The translations under genes and the position numbers were made by a program. From contig CP064972.1 in assembly GCA_016699405.1 (NCBI GenBank), positions 4,172,130-4,236,129 of the forward strand: DNA of 64,000 nucleotides, in the 5' to 3' direction. Of the stretch, positions 39,345 through 49,537 are shown piece after piece; within the stretch, counting starts at the first letter, position 1; each line of letters opens with the position of its first letter. A model generated the notes under the pieces. The model searched no databases. It was not told where the DNA came from and saw only the letters and a list, made by a program, of their open reading frames with translations. The stretch comes from Holophagales bacterium (lineage in GTDB: Bacteria; Acidobacteriota; Thermoanaerobaculia; Multivoradales; JAGPDF01).

Positions 39345-40645
39345 CCGCCACCTCCCGGCAGGCGCAAGCCACCGGTGCCCGACGTCGCTCCACCCGGTCC
39401 CGGCGAGCCGCGAAGGCGGGCCGGCGCGCCGGGGTCGCACAACGCGATCTCGTCACCCTCGTTGAGCCCTGCGGCCACGACCACCACCCCGAGACCCTGC
39501 GCGCCAATCTCGACGGGGACCGTCTCGAAGACCGAACGACCGAACGGCAGGTCGCGGCGGCGGAAAACCACCAGGCGCCCTTCCCGTTCGACGATCGCCT
39601 GGCGCGGCACCGCCAACGCCGACTCGACCCCGGCGAGACGGATGCGCGCTCGAACGCGCTCCCCTGGGTGCATCCGCTCGCCGTCGGCCGCCTGCACCGC
39701 CAGGGTCGCGCCGAAGTACTGCACGGGAACGCCCCGCTGCCGCGGCTTGGCGACGGCGTCGACGCGGGTGACCTTCGCCTCGAGCGACAGAGCCGAGGCG
39801 GCCTCGCGCACGACCGTCGCAGACTGGCCGACGGAGAGCCCGCCGGCGTCCGCCTCGAGCACCCAGACTTCGGCGTCCAGCACGGCGAGGTCGGGGATCT
39901 CGGCGAAAGCCTGGCCGGGCCAGAGAGTGTCTCCCTGGCGTGTCGAATTGCCTCGCCAATCGGTGCGCAGCGCGAAGATCCCGTCATGTGGCGATCGAAT
40001 GGCAAGCGAGGAAAGCCCCTGCTCCGCGCGGGAGATCTCCAGGCTCCATTTCTCTCTTTCGAGCGCGAGCAAGCGGTCGTCCGACGCCACGACGCGGGCT
40101 TGCGTCTCCAGCACACGGCGCGCCGTCGATTCACGCACGGCCGCCAGCTCGCCGTCGATCGCTGATTCGATCCGCTGATGGCGCGAGAAGACGACCTCGT
40201 CGGTGGCGGCGAATCGGCTGGCCGCTTCGAGCTCGCTACGCGCCAACTGCGCGTCCCGTTCGAGATCGTGCGCACCCGCCGCAGCTGCTGCCCGTTGCTT
40301 GGCTTGTCGCCACTCGACGTCCGAATAGCCACCGCGTGCGTCTGCCAGGGCCTGCGTCCACTCGCTCCCGTCGAGCGAGGCCAGGAGGTCGCCAGCGCGC
40401 ACCCGCGTCCCGTCGGCGAGCAACCAGGAGACACGCATCGGCCTGGCGGCCTCTGCCGGCGCCTGGATCGCTGTCGCTTGGCGCGCCTTGAGCACGCCCT
40501 CCGCCGCGACTTCGTGGACGAAGGGCGCCCGGACAAGGCGCATCGTCGGCACTCCGGCATCCCGTGAGGGAAGCCGCCATGCTGCGGCCGCCGCGAAGGT
40601 CAACGCCAGCGGTCCGGCGAGCCACCACCGCCGGATGCGTCTCAT
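39341..40645 (-). CDS. HlyD-family periplasmic adaptor (membrane fusion protein) 1
   Basis: N-terminal TM, coiled-coil, β-barrel/lipoyl-like regions. Gly-rich C-terminal tail. Confidence 0.75.
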   Translation of the reverse strand: MRRIRRWWLAGPLALTFAAAAAWRLPSRDAGVPTMRLVRAPFVHEVAAEGVLKARQATAIQAPAEAARPMRVSWLLADGTRVRAGDLLASLDGSEWTQALADARGGYSDVEWRQAKQRAAAAAGAHDLERDAQLARSELEAASRFAATDEVVFSRHQRIESAIDGELAAVRESTARRVLETQARVVASDDRLLALEREKWSLEISRAEQGLSSLAIRSPHDGIFALRTDWRGNSTRQGDTLWPGQAFAEIPDLAVLDAEVWVLEADAGGLSVGQSATVVREAASALSLEAKVTRVDAVAKPRQRGVPVQYFGATLAVQAADGERMHPGERVRARIRLAGVESALAVPRQAIVEREGRLVVFRRRDLPFGRSVFETVPVEIGAQGLGVVVVAAGLNEGDEIALCDPGAPARLRGSPGPGGATSGTGGLRLPGGGG

Positions 40646-41868
40646 CGCTGCCCCTCCGATCGCGGGTCGACCAGGGCGACCTGATCGCCGACTTCCAGCC
40701 CACCGAGCACTTCGACCTGACGTGAGCCTCGACGACCCAGGCGCGGCGCCACCTCCGCGAAGCCGGTAAGACTTCGGCGAAAGACCCGCGCGCCTTCCGG
40801 CGTGTCGACCAACGCCGCCAACGGCAGCAACAGCGCTCCGACGACTCGATCCACCTCGATCTCGCCGCGGAAGCGCATCCCTGGGCGCATCCGCTCGACA
40901 TCCACCCGATCGAGTGCCACTTCGGCGCGGGCCACCTTGAGTGGGCTCGTGGGTGAGGCCCGCTGGACGGTCTTGCCCACTGCCGAAACCGTCGCCCGGA
41001 GCTCCACGTCAGGATGCGCATCCAGCCGGAAGCGGAGCGGCTGGCCGGTCGCCAGGCGCCCGGCATCGCCTTCGTCGACTTCGGCCTGGGCACGCAGGCG
41101 CGACAGATCGGGAACCGACATGACCTTCTCCGAGCGCCAGCTCGGATCGCCGACCTTCTTCTTCTCGCCACGCCAGTTGGCCAGGTAGACGACCGTGCCG
41201 TCACGGGGCGCTCGGACGTTCACCGCCTCGACAGCAGCGCTCAGCTCAGCCACGCGGAGCTCGGCCCGCTCGAGCCGATGGCGGAGAGCCGCCAGTTCCG
41301 CCGCACGACGGCGCTCGAGCGCTTCGACCTGACCGCGACGGAACTCCACCTCCCGGTCGGCGAGTGCGGCGTCGTTTCGCGCCTTGGTCATCTCGCGCCC
41401 CGCCAGCAGGTCGGCCGGGATGTCCACCTTGAGCGAAGCCTTGCGCTGACGCGCCATCGCTTCGGCTCGCGCCAGGTCGCGACGCTGCTCCTCGACCTCG
41501 AGGTCGGCCTCCTTCTTGGCGATCTCCTGGCGCGCACTCTCGGCTTCATTTCGGCGCTCCGCCAATTCACGTTCGAGATCCGACGAGTCGAAGCGCAACA
41601 CGCTCTCGCCCGCCTTCACCTTCTTCCCTTCCGGAACCATGAATGCGATCTTGAAGTCCCACTTGTCGGCCACCGCCGGCGGGCCCAGGGACGAGTCGTC
41701 GACGGCCTCGAGCGTCCCGGTGACCGGAACCGTCAGGGGCAGGTCGCCCCGCTGCACCTCGCCAAGCGGAACGTCGCGACCGAGCCCGCGCGAAGACAGG
41801 CCCGCGACGAGGAGACAGGCCGCGGCGATGCCGCTCCCGACGAGCGCCACCTGTGTCCGGGAGCTCAC
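40642..41868 (-). CDS. HlyD-family periplasmic adaptor 2
   Basis: Long coiled-coil (…AERRNEAESARQEIAKKEADLEVEEQRRDLARAEA…). Probable GTG start, with GTGA overlap onto the stop of adaptor 3. The ATG-based ORF would overlap it by 76 nt. Confidence 0.7.
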   Translation of the reverse strand: MSSRTQVALVGSGIAAACLLVAGLSSRGLGRDVPLGEVQRGDLPLTVPVTGTLEAVDDSSLGPPAVADKWDFKIAFMVPEGKKVKAGESVLRFDSSDLERELAERRNEAESARQEIAKKEADLEVEEQRRDLARAEAMARQRKASLKVDIPADLLAGREMTKARNDAALADREVEFRRGQVEALERRRAAELAALRHRLERAELRVAELSAAVEAVNVRAPRDGTVVYLANWRGEKKKVGDPSWRSEKVMSVPDLSRLRAQAEVDEGDAGRLATGQPLRFRLDAHPDVELRATVSAVGKTVQRASPTSPLKVARAEVALDRVDVERMRPGMRFRGEIEVDRVVGALLLPLAALVDTPEGARVFRRSLTGFAEVAPRLGRRGSRQVEVLGGLEVGDQVALVDPRSEGQR

Positions 41869-43049
41869 TGTCCGCTTCCCATCGCGAGCCGCTCGCCCTC
41901 GGCGAGGCCCTTCTCGACGGCGCACCTCGCGGCATCGCACAGTCCGAGTTGGATGGCACGTCGTTCACCCGTCGCCAAGAGCGCGGCGGCCGGATCGCCG
42001 GTCAAGTCCAGCGCCGAGCGCGGTACCGTGACGACATCGACCGCCCGGCCGATCGTGATCTCCGCTCGCACCGACTGCCCTGGCCGCATCCGACCCGGGT
42101 CGACTCGCGCGAGCACCAGCCGCGCCAGGAAGGTGCGCCGCAACGACTGGCGATCGGCTTCTCGTGCCAACGGGGAGATGTCGGCGACTCGGCAAGGGAT
42201 CGGTTCTCCGGGAAACGCGTCGAGCGTGCAGGTACCCTCCTGCCCGACCTCCAACACCTCGCGATCGACGTCGAAGAGCACGGCGCGCACACGAAGCGAG
42301 CCGAGGTCGGGCAGTGCGCCGACCTCGAGGCCCGGATAGAGATCGTCTCCCACCTGCACCTTGCGCGCCTCCCATGGATGGCGGCTGACGACGAAGACTC
42401 CTGCCCGCGGTGCGCGGCCGATCAGCGACGACAAGGCCGACGCCGCCGTCGCCCGCGCCCTCTCCGCCTTGGCACGCTTGAGGTCGGCCACGCTTCGATC
42501 CGCTTCGATCTGCACTCGAGTCACGCCGAGCCCACCCTCGGCTTTCTCGAGCGCAGCCCGCGCACGCGCCAGCGCCAACTGGCGCTCTTGGAACGTGCGG
42601 GCAGCGAGCAACTCGGCCGGAACCGCGGCGTCGAGCTCCGCGGAGGCCGCCCGGGATCTCGCCTCGTCCACGGCGAAGCGCTTGACCGCGTCGTCCTGGG
42701 CCGCTTCGGCCGCGAGACGGGCGAGATCCTCGCGCGCCTGCGCTAGATCGAGCTCCGCGTCGGCGAGGCGCCGCGTGAGGTCACCGCTGTCGAACTCTGC
42801 CAGGCGGTCGCCGGGCGCGACGTCGATGCCGTCCTCGGCAAGCCAGCGGAGCTGGATCTGCCAGGAGGGCGTGACCGGGACGACGATCGGCTCCGACGAC
42901 GCCGCTTCGATCTCGCCCGTGAGCAGGAAGGTCGAGGTGATCTCTCCTCGCGTCACGGCGCGAGAGCTGACGGAACGGCGCCCCTCCCGGCAGGCGGTCG
43001 TCAGAGGGATCAGCAGCCCCACGAGTATCCACACGAACAAAGATCGCAA
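41865..43049 (-). CDS. HlyD-family periplasmic adaptor 3 (lipoprotein-like N-terminus)
   Basis: Hydrophobic N-terminal region LRSLFVWILVGLLIPLTTAC. Coiled-coil and β domains. The start codon is non-ATG and approximate. Confidence 0.65.
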   Translation of the reverse strand: MRSLFVWILVGLLIPLTTACREGRRSVSSRAVTRGEITSTFLLTGEIEAASSEPIVVPVTPSWQIQLRWLAEDGIDVAPGDRLAEFDSGDLTRRLADAELDLAQAREDLARLAAEAAQDDAVKRFAVDEARSRAASAELDAAVPAELLAARTFQERQLALARARAALEKAEGGLGVTRVQIEADRSVADLKRAKAERARATAASALSSLIGRAPRAGVFVVSRHPWEARKVQVGDDLYPGLEVGALPDLGSLRVRAVLFDVDREVLEVGQEGTCTLDAFPGEPIPCRVADISPLAREADRQSLRRTFLARLVLARVDPGRMRPGQSVRAEITIGRAVDVVTVPRSALDLTGDPAAALLATGERRAIQLGLCDAARCAVEKGLAEGERLAMGSGQ

Positions 43050-43194
43050 GCTACATGACAATACGACGCCGACGCTCCGCGCGTCCAAGCCGGCGCCTCC
43101 GCCGGGCGGCCAACCGCAAGAACCTTGGCGACGACCCGCGCGTACACCGACTATCATGGGCTCGTCGTGCACTCGCACGCGGGCTGGAGATTTC

Positions 43195-44886
43195 ATGCAG
43201 CGCTTCCCGATCCTCCTTCTTGCCGCCGTGGCATGCCTCGGCTCCTTGGACAACTCGATCCTCCGGGCGCAGACCCCGACGCCGCGCCCTCCCGAGAGCA
43301 GCTCTCCGCCGGCCGACGAGCTCTTCGAAACCGTCGAGGTGGAAGTGGTCAATCTCGACGTGCTGGCGCTCGACGGCTCCGGTCAGCCGGTGACCGATCT
43401 GACGCTCGACGACTTCGATCTGCGGGTCGACGGCGCTCCGATGTCGATCGGCTACTTCGCCGCGCCGAACGCGCCGCAGCCGGCCGCGGCCGCGCCGGTG
43501 GAAAACGCGGCGATCCTGGCGCTGCTCGTCGACCTCGAGGACATGCGACCGGGACCGCGTAACGACGTGCTGCGCCAGGTCCGCCCGCTCGTCGCCGCGC
43601 GCCTGACGTCCGGCGACCGGGTGCTCGTCGCGGTCTTCCAGGGCTCGCTGCGCCTGCTGAGCGACGCGACGAGCGATGCGGCGGCGGTCGAAGCCGCTCT
43701 CGCCGAGATCGAGCGCAGCGCTCCGAAGGCGCTGCACGAGCGGATCCAGAGTCGCAACCTGCAACGCGAGATCGAGATGGTCGACCTCGACGATCCCAAC
43801 GCTCCGAACGAGGCCCAGCGGTTGCAGGGCGAGCTCGAAAACCTGGCGACGGCCGAGACCAATCGCTACCAGCGCGTGCTCGGCGCGATGACCGACCTGC
43901 TCGGCACCCTTGCCGCGGTCGACGGTCCGAAGACCGTCCTCTGGGTGGGCGAGAGCGTGCCGGACCGCCCGATCACCGCGCTCGCCAATCGCTGGGAGCG
44001 TCGCCTCGCCGACCTCATCCAGATCGGTTCGCGCACCATCGACGTCGAGCCTGACGTCCAGCGCCTGCGGCGCGCCCGGCTCGCCGTGGCCCGCGCCGCC
44101 CAGGCCAGCCGCTCGACCTTCTTCGTGCTCGACGACCCGGACAACGCCAGCGGCGGAGTCAACGCCGAGGCCGAGCGGAGCGACACCAGCGTCGGCGGCG
44201 AAGCGACGCGCAGCCTCGCCGATCTCGCCGAGGGCAGCGGCGGGCGGCAACTCACCCTCTCCCCCGAGCTCGGGACGACGCTGACCAAGGTGTCCGACGA
44301 GCTCTCGACCCGCTATTCGCTCGGCTTCACGCCGAGCGGGCCGACCGACGAGCGCTGGCACCGCATCGAGCTGCGCTGCCGCCGGCCGGGGATCACGCTG
44401 CGCCATCGCGCCGGATTCCTGCGCCGCGGCGAGGGCGACTCGCTCGCCGAGGCGGTGCTCGCCGCGGCAAGCCTGGGCGCACCCGAGCAGAATCCGCTCG
44501 GCTTCACCGTGGAGATCAAGCCGCTCCCGCCGGCCGAGAGCGGCAAGGGAAAGAAGAGTGGCGGCGCCCGGCGCGTGCCGGTGGTCGTCCGCATTCCGCT
44601 CGGCCGCCTCACCCTCGTTCCGGAGAGCGCGCAGCACGTCGGCCGTCTCGAGCTGCAGTTCGCCACCCGCGACCGTTCCGGGCAGCTCACCCGCTACGAC
44701 GCACGCGAGCTGCCGCTCCAGGTGCCGAATGCCCGACTCGCCGGGGCGCTGCGGCAGGCGCTCGCCTACGAGATCGAGCTGCAGCTCACGCCGGGCTCCT
44801 ACCGTCTCGCCGTCGCCGTGCAGGACCGGATCGGTGGCGTGCGCGGCGCGGCGGCGGTCAACGTCGAGATTCCGGAAACACCGTGA
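43195..44886 (+). CDS. secreted VWA-domain protein (VWFA-related Acidobacterial-type), paralog C
   Basis: Signal peptide MQRFPILLLAAVACLGS. …TVEVEVVNLDVLALDGSGQPV… Collinear with paralogs A and B. The start coordinate is approximate (±2 nt). Confidence 0.75.
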   Translation: MQRFPILLLAAVACLGSLDNSILRAQTPTPRPPESSSPPADELFETVEVEVVNLDVLALDGSGQPVTDLTLDDFDLRVDGAPMSIGYFAAPNAPQPAAAAPVENAAILALLVDLEDMRPGPRNDVLRQVRPLVAARLTSGDRVLVAVFQGSLRLLSDATSDAAAVEAALAEIERSAPKALHERIQSRNLQREIEMVDLDDPNAPNEAQRLQGELENLATAETNRYQRVLGAMTDLLGTLAAVDGPKTVLWVGESVPDRPITALANRWERRLADLIQIGSRTIDVEPDVQRLRRARLAVARAAQASRSTFFVLDDPDNASGGVNAEAERSDTSVGGEATRSLADLAEGSGGRQLTLSPELGTTLTKVSDELSTRYSLGFTPSGPTDERWHRIELRCRRPGITLRHRAGFLRRGEGDSLAEAVLAAASLGAPEQNPLGFTVEIKPLPPAESGKGKKSGGARRVPVVVRIPLGRLTLVPESAQHVGRLELQFATRDRSGQLTRYDARELPLQVPNARLAGALRQALAYEIELQLTPGSYRLAVAVQDRIGGVRGAAAVNVEIPETP

Positions 44887-47024
44887 CAACCGCCCTGCGC
44901 TCTCCGCACCGCGCTGCTGCGCCAGGCCGCTCTGCCCGGGCGCCGCTCGTGGCGCTCGCCCTGGCCGCGGTGGGCGCCTCGCTCGCCGCCCAGGCGCCGG
45001 AAGCTCCGGCGCCCTACGTTCCGCGCCCGCTCGCCGCGCTGCGCGCCGACTCGGCGGCGCTGCTGCTCTCCGGCGGCGAAGGCGGGCCCGTGCGACTCGC
45101 GCTGCTCGCCCTGCCCGGCTACCGCGCCAACGGCGCCCCGCGGCTCTTTCTCTACGCCGAGCTCGCCGGCGAGAGCCTGCTGCGCGACGCCCCGCCCGGA
45201 CCGCTCGGCGTCGAGCTCTCGGCCTACGTGCTCGACGGCGAGGGCAAGGTGGTGACCCACGCGAGCGAGGGCATCCGCCTGCCGCCGCCCGAGGAACGCG
45301 CCGCCCTCGCCGGCAGCGGTCTGCGCTACGCCACGGCGTTCGACGTGCCCCCGGGCGACTACAGCGTGCGCCTGCTCGCCAAGCTCCGTCCGAGCGGCGG
45401 GTTCGGCCTGCGCGCCACCCAGGTGCGCCTGGCCTCCGCCGCCCGACCCGGCGGGCCGGGGACGCCGCTCTTGGCGATTCCGATCTGGCCGGCATCCTCG
45501 GGCCCCTGGATCGACGTTCGTTCTCCCTCGCTTGCCGCCGACGAGCCGCCGCACCTGCCTGGCGGAGGATGGCCGTCGGCGTTCCCGGTGCGGGCGCTCG
45601 ATCCGAAGATCACCCTGCGCCTGGCCGTGCCGCAGAAGACCCGCCCGGCGGCCACCCTGCCGGCCCGCCTTGCGCCCTTCGCCGGTGGCGAGGAGCGCAT
45701 CGTGGCGATCGAGGTCGGCAGCGCCTCGAGCCCGCTCGGTGGTGGGCTCGAAGCCATCGACGCGACGCTCGACGCCGAGGATGCCCCCCCCGGCGGCTAC
45801 GCGCTTCGCGTGGCGAGCGAGGCCGACCCCGCCGGCCGCGGAGCGGTGCGTCTCGTCCTGCTGCGACCCGCCGCCGGTGAGCGACTCCCTTCCTCCTGGA
45901 TCGCCGCCACGCGCAGCGGCTCCTCTCCTTCGAGCGCCGCCGCCTCGACGGCCCAGGTCGAGCCCGAGCCACCGGCCGAGCGCCGGGCCGAACGCGAGCA
46001 GGAGGTCGCCCGTCTGCGCGCCGGACTGGCGCGCGGGTTCCGCCTGGTCGCCGACGGCGACCTCGACGGGGCGACGAGCGCCCTGCTCGCCATCGAGACC
46101 GCGGTCCTCGAGCGCACCCCGCGACGCGCCCTGACCTGGATCGAGGAGGCTCACACCCAGCTTCGCAAGGCGGTGATCGCGACCGATCCCGAGACGCTGC
46201 TGCCGCTCTCGACCGCCTACGCCGAGCTCGCCGAGAAGGCCGCCCTCGCCCGGCGCCCGGCGCTTTCGCGACTCGCGCAGGAGACCGCGGCCGAGCTCGC
46301 CGAGGAGTACGCCAAACGCAGCCGCGGCGAAGGCGCCTCGGCGCTCGCGGCCCGCACCGCCTTCGCCCTGGCCGGACGTCTCTACGACCTCGGGTCGCCG
46401 CGCCGCGCCCAGCGTCTCTTGGACCAGGCCGACAGTCTCGACCCGGGCGACGGCACGGCGGCGCGACTCGCCGCGTTCATCGACGAACGGCACGACGCAC
46501 GGGAGGAGGCGGCGCGGCGACTGCGTCGGCTCCTCGAGCGGCGCCCGACCGACCGCGAGGCGCGCCTGCGCCTGGCGCTCTGCGACCTCGCCCTCGGCGA
46601 GTCCGGCGGACTCAAGGCGCTGCGGACGCTCGTCGCCGAGCCGGGCGCCGACTGGGTCGGCGCCGTGGCCGCCCAGGAGCTGGTGCGGCGCGACCTCGCC
46701 GACCGCCGCTTCGACGAAGCCGCCCAACGCGCCCGCGAGGCGTTGCGCCGCCTGCCCGGCGACCCCGGGCTGCGCCTCCAGCTCTCCTGGGCGCTGCAAC
46801 AGAGCGGCCACCCCGGCGACGCGCTCGCCGCCCTCGACCCGTTGCTCTCCGCCGCTTCCGTGGCCCCGCCGCGGCGGCGCTACAGCGCCTGGCCGCGCGA
46901 GACCTTCCGCGAAGCCCGCCGCGAAGCCGAACAGGCGGCGCAGACCCGTCTGCGGGCGCTGCACGAGGCCCTCTCCCGACTCCCCGAGGGGATGCTCACC
47001 GACGACGCGAAAGGCTCGCGATGA
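44883..47024 (+). CDS. secreted TPR-repeat protein
   Basis: Signal peptide. C-terminal TPR-like repeats (…RLRRLLERRPTDREARLRLALCDLALGE…). ATGA overlaps at both ends couple it to the flanking VWA genes. Confidence 0.7.
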   Translation: MTTALRSPHRAAAPGRSARAPLVALALAAVGASLAAQAPEAPAPYVPRPLAALRADSAALLLSGGEGGPVRLALLALPGYRANGAPRLFLYAELAGESLLRDAPPGPLGVELSAYVLDGEGKVVTHASEGIRLPPPEERAALAGSGLRYATAFDVPPGDYSVRLLAKLRPSGGFGLRATQVRLASAARPGGPGTPLLAIPIWPASSGPWIDVRSPSLAADEPPHLPGGGWPSAFPVRALDPKITLRLAVPQKTRPAATLPARLAPFAGGEERIVAIEVGSASSPLGGGLEAIDATLDAEDAPPGGYALRVASEADPAGRGAVRLVLLRPAAGERLPSSWIAATRSGSSPSSAAASTAQVEPEPPAERRAEREQEVARLRAGLARGFRLVADGDLDGATSALLAIETAVLERTPRRALTWIEEAHTQLRKAVIATDPETLLPLSTAYAELAEKAALARRPALSRLAQETAAELAEEYAKRSRGEGASALAARTAFALAGRLYDLGSPRRAQRLLDQADSLDPGDGTAARLAAFIDERHDAREEAARRLRRLLERRPTDREARLRLALCDLALGESGGLKALRTLVAEPGADWVGAVAAQELVRRDLADRRFDEAAQRAREALRRLPGDPGLRLQLSWALQQSGHPGDALAALDPLLSAASVAPPRRRYSAWPRETFREARREAEQAAQTRLRALHEALSRLPEGMLTDDAKGSR

Positions 47025-48244
47025 ACCCCTTCCGGACGCTCCTCCGCGCCGCGCGATCTCGCCGCAGCTTGGCCGTCGTCGCGATGGCTCTCGCGCTTCT
47101 CGGCGGCGGCGGCACTGCACTGGCGGAGCCGGCGCTCGAGGTCGGGATCCTCAGCCCGGCCTCCGGGGTCCCGGCCTTCGGGCGGATCCGCTTCATCGCC
47201 ATGCCGCGCGGCACCGAACCGATCGTCCGCGTCGAGTTCCTCCTCGGCGGTCGGAAGGTGGGCGAGCGCACGGCGCCTCCGTGGGAGATCGAGATCGACA
47301 CCGGCGAGACCAACAGCGAGAAGGTCTTCCGCGTCGTCGCCTACGGGCGGGACGGCGCGCGCGCCGAATCGACGCTCACCGCCCCGGCCGTGCGCGTCGA
47401 CCTGGCGATGGACCTCGAGCTGCAACAGCTCTACGTCACGGTGACCAAGGGCGGGGAGCGGGTGCTCGACGTGCCGCGCGAAGAGTTCGAAGTGCGCGAC
47501 GACGGCGAGACCCAGACGCTGGTGACGTTCGAGCACGGCGACGTGCCGATCGCCGCGGTGCTGCTCGTCGACTCGAGCCAGAGCATGCAGGGCGACCGGC
47601 TGCGCGCCGCCCTCGGCGGCGTGCGCGCCTTCGCCAAGGGGATGGCCGGGCTCGACGAGGCCGCGCTGCTCCTGTTCGGCGACCACATCGTCCACCGCAC
47701 CGCCTTCTCCGGCGACGCACGGGCCCTGCTCGACGGCCTCGATCGCATCCAGGCGGAAGGGGGAACGGCCCTCAACGACCACCTCTTCCTCGCCCTGCAA
47801 CTGCTCGAACGGCGGCAGGGCCGGCGGGTCGTCGTGCTGCTCTCGGACGGGATCGACGTCGAAAGCGTGCTCGAAATGTCGCAGGTGCTCTCGTCGGTCC
47901 GGCGCAGCCAGGCGATCGTCTATTGGCTCCGGCTGCGCGATCCCGCCGCGGCGACCGGCGATCGGCACCTCTCCGTCTGGCACGGCGCGTCCTTCCACGC
48001 CGCCGAGCTCGCCCAACTCGAGAAGGCCGTCGCCGACAGCGGCGGTCGGATCCTCGAGCTCGCCCGGGTCGAAGACTCGGAGTCGGCCTTCCGTGAAGTG
48101 CTGCGTGAGCTGCGCGAGCAGGTCGTCCTCGGCTTCTATCCGGCGAGCTCGAAGAACGACGGCAAGTGGCACGACATCCAGGTGCGGCTGCCGCACCGCA
48201 GCGGCTACTCGCTGCGCACCCGCGCCGGCTACTACGACTACTGA
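47021..48244 (+). CDS. secreted VWA-domain protein (VWFA-related Acidobacterial-type, short form), paralog D
   Basis: Signal peptide. VWA core (…AAVLLVDSSQSMQGDRL…, …VVLLSDGIDV…). C-terminal …GKWHDIQVRL…GYYDY resembles the C-termini of paralogs A-C. Confidence 0.8.
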   Translation: MNPFRTLLRAARSRRSLAVVAMALALLGGGGTALAEPALEVGILSPASGVPAFGRIRFIAMPRGTEPIVRVEFLLGGRKVGERTAPPWEIEIDTGETNSEKVFRVVAYGRDGARAESTLTAPAVRVDLAMDLELQQLYVTVTKGGERVLDVPREEFEVRDDGETQTLVTFEHGDVPIAAVLLVDSSQSMQGDRLRAALGGVRAFAKGMAGLDEAALLLFGDHIVHRTAFSGDARALLDGLDRIQAEGGTALNDHLFLALQLLERRQGRRVVVLLSDGIDVESVLEMSQVLSSVRRSQAIVYWLRLRDPAAATGDRHLSVWHGASFHAAELAQLEKAVADSGGRILELARVEDSESAFREVLRELREQVVLGFYPASSKNDGKWHDIQVRLPHRSGYSLRTRAGYYDY

Positions 48245-48245
48245 G

Positions 48246-48920
48246 TCAGGAGCGCTCGACGCTGCGGATGGCGTCCGCCGCCGAGCGATGCCGGTCGATC
48301 CCCCAGGCGAGCGCGACGGCGATCCAGCTCGCCTGCCCCGCCCAGGCGACGGTCTCCACGTCGGGTGGCGGCGGTCCGAAGAGGGCACCGAGGTAGGCCG
48401 CGAGCAGCAGGCCGACGAGCAGCGCCGGACCGAGGCGGCCGAAGCGGTCGAGCGCCCGGGTCGACTTCAGGTAGAGCGCGAGACCGACCGCGAAGAGCGC
48501 CCCTTCGACGACGAGCGTCGCCCCGAGGCTGCGCCAGAGCTCGAGCCCGATCCACGGCCCGGAGGGCAGGACCGGCATGTCCGGGCGATGCGAGACGACG
48601 TCGAGGACCCAGTGGCTCAGCACGCCGAATCCGAGGACGAGCGCGGCGCGCCGGTCGTGGCGCAGGAGCCACCAGACGACCGCGAGAGCGACGGCCCAGA
48701 GCAGGTCGAAGAGGAGACTGTGCGAGTAGGGGTAGCTGACGAAGTCGAGCGGCGTGACCACCGTCGTCCCCGGCACGATGCGGAAGTGCTCGACCCCGAG
48801 GAGCACCAGGGTCGGCCAGAGGAGATCGGGCAGCTGGACGGCGAGCAGGAGAGCCCACAGGGGGGCCGAGGGGGCCCACCGCTTGCCGGCCAGACCGACG
48901 GCGTAGTGTCCGATGAACAT
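48246..48920 (-). CDS. membrane-bound metal-dependent hydrolase-like protein (DUF457/YdjM-like)
   Basis: MFIGHYAVG…SHWVLDVVSH… Multi-TM. Confidence 0.55.
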   Translation of the reverse strand: MFIGHYAVGLAGKRWAPSAPLWALLLAVQLPDLLWPTLVLLGVEHFRIVPGTTVVTPLDFVSYPYSHSLLFDLLWAVALAVVWWLLRHDRRAALVLGFGVLSHWVLDVVSHRPDMPVLPSGPWIGLELWRSLGATLVVEGALFAVGLALYLKSTRALDRFGRLGPALLVGLLLAAYLGALFGPPPPDVETVAWAGQASWIAVALAWGIDRHRSAADAIRSVERS

Positions 48921-48986
48921 CGCTGAATCGCCGAAGTCGCTCGACGACGCCGCAGTCCGCGGCGCGGATCCGGACGCGGGCCCTCG

Positions 48987-49433
48987 TCAGAGCCCGCGCT
49001 TGCGCGCGCGGATGTTGCGCCGACTGCCCTTCGGCTTGCCGCCACCACCGAACGGCGGCTTGTTCGCGCCGAAGCCGCCCCCACCGCCGCCGAAACCGCC
49101 CCCGCCGCCGAAGCCGCCGCCACCCGAGTAGCCGCCGCTGGCGAAGCCGCCGCCGCCGAAGCCGCCCCCGGCCGGACGGCCCTCGGCGACGTTCACTCGC
49201 AACGCCCGTCCGGAGAGCTCATGACCGTTGAAGCGCTCGATCGCCTGCTCGGCCTCTTCCTCCGTCTCGAACTCGACGAAGGCGAAACCGCGCGGACGGC
49301 CGGTGGCGCGATCCGTGGGCAGGAACACGTCCCGGAGCGTGCCGACCTGACCGAACAGGGCCTCGACCTCCGCACGCGTGGTGTTGAAGTCGAGATTCCC
49401 GACGAAAACCTTCGAAGCCATTCGAGCTCCCAC
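48987..49433 (-). CDS. RNA-binding protein (RRM domain with Gly-rich C-terminal tail)
   Basis: RNP2 KVFVGNL and RNP1 RGFAFVEF motifs. C-terminal GGGFGGGG repeats. Confidence 0.85.
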   Translation of the reverse strand: MGARMASKVFVGNLDFNTTRAEVEALFGQVGTLRDVFLPTDRATGRPRGFAFVEFETEEEAEQAIERFNGHELSGRALRVNVAEGRPAGGGFGGGGFASGGYSGGGGFGGGGGFGGGGGGFGANKPPFGGGGKPKGSRRNIRARKRGL

Positions 49434-49537
49434 TTTCTGCGGCCGCGCCGCGCCGAGGCATCCAGCGTAGGCGTCGTGCCCACCGGTTCGCCTGAACTCC
49501 GGAGTGTATCGCAGGACCGACTGCCTGCCGGCGCTGC

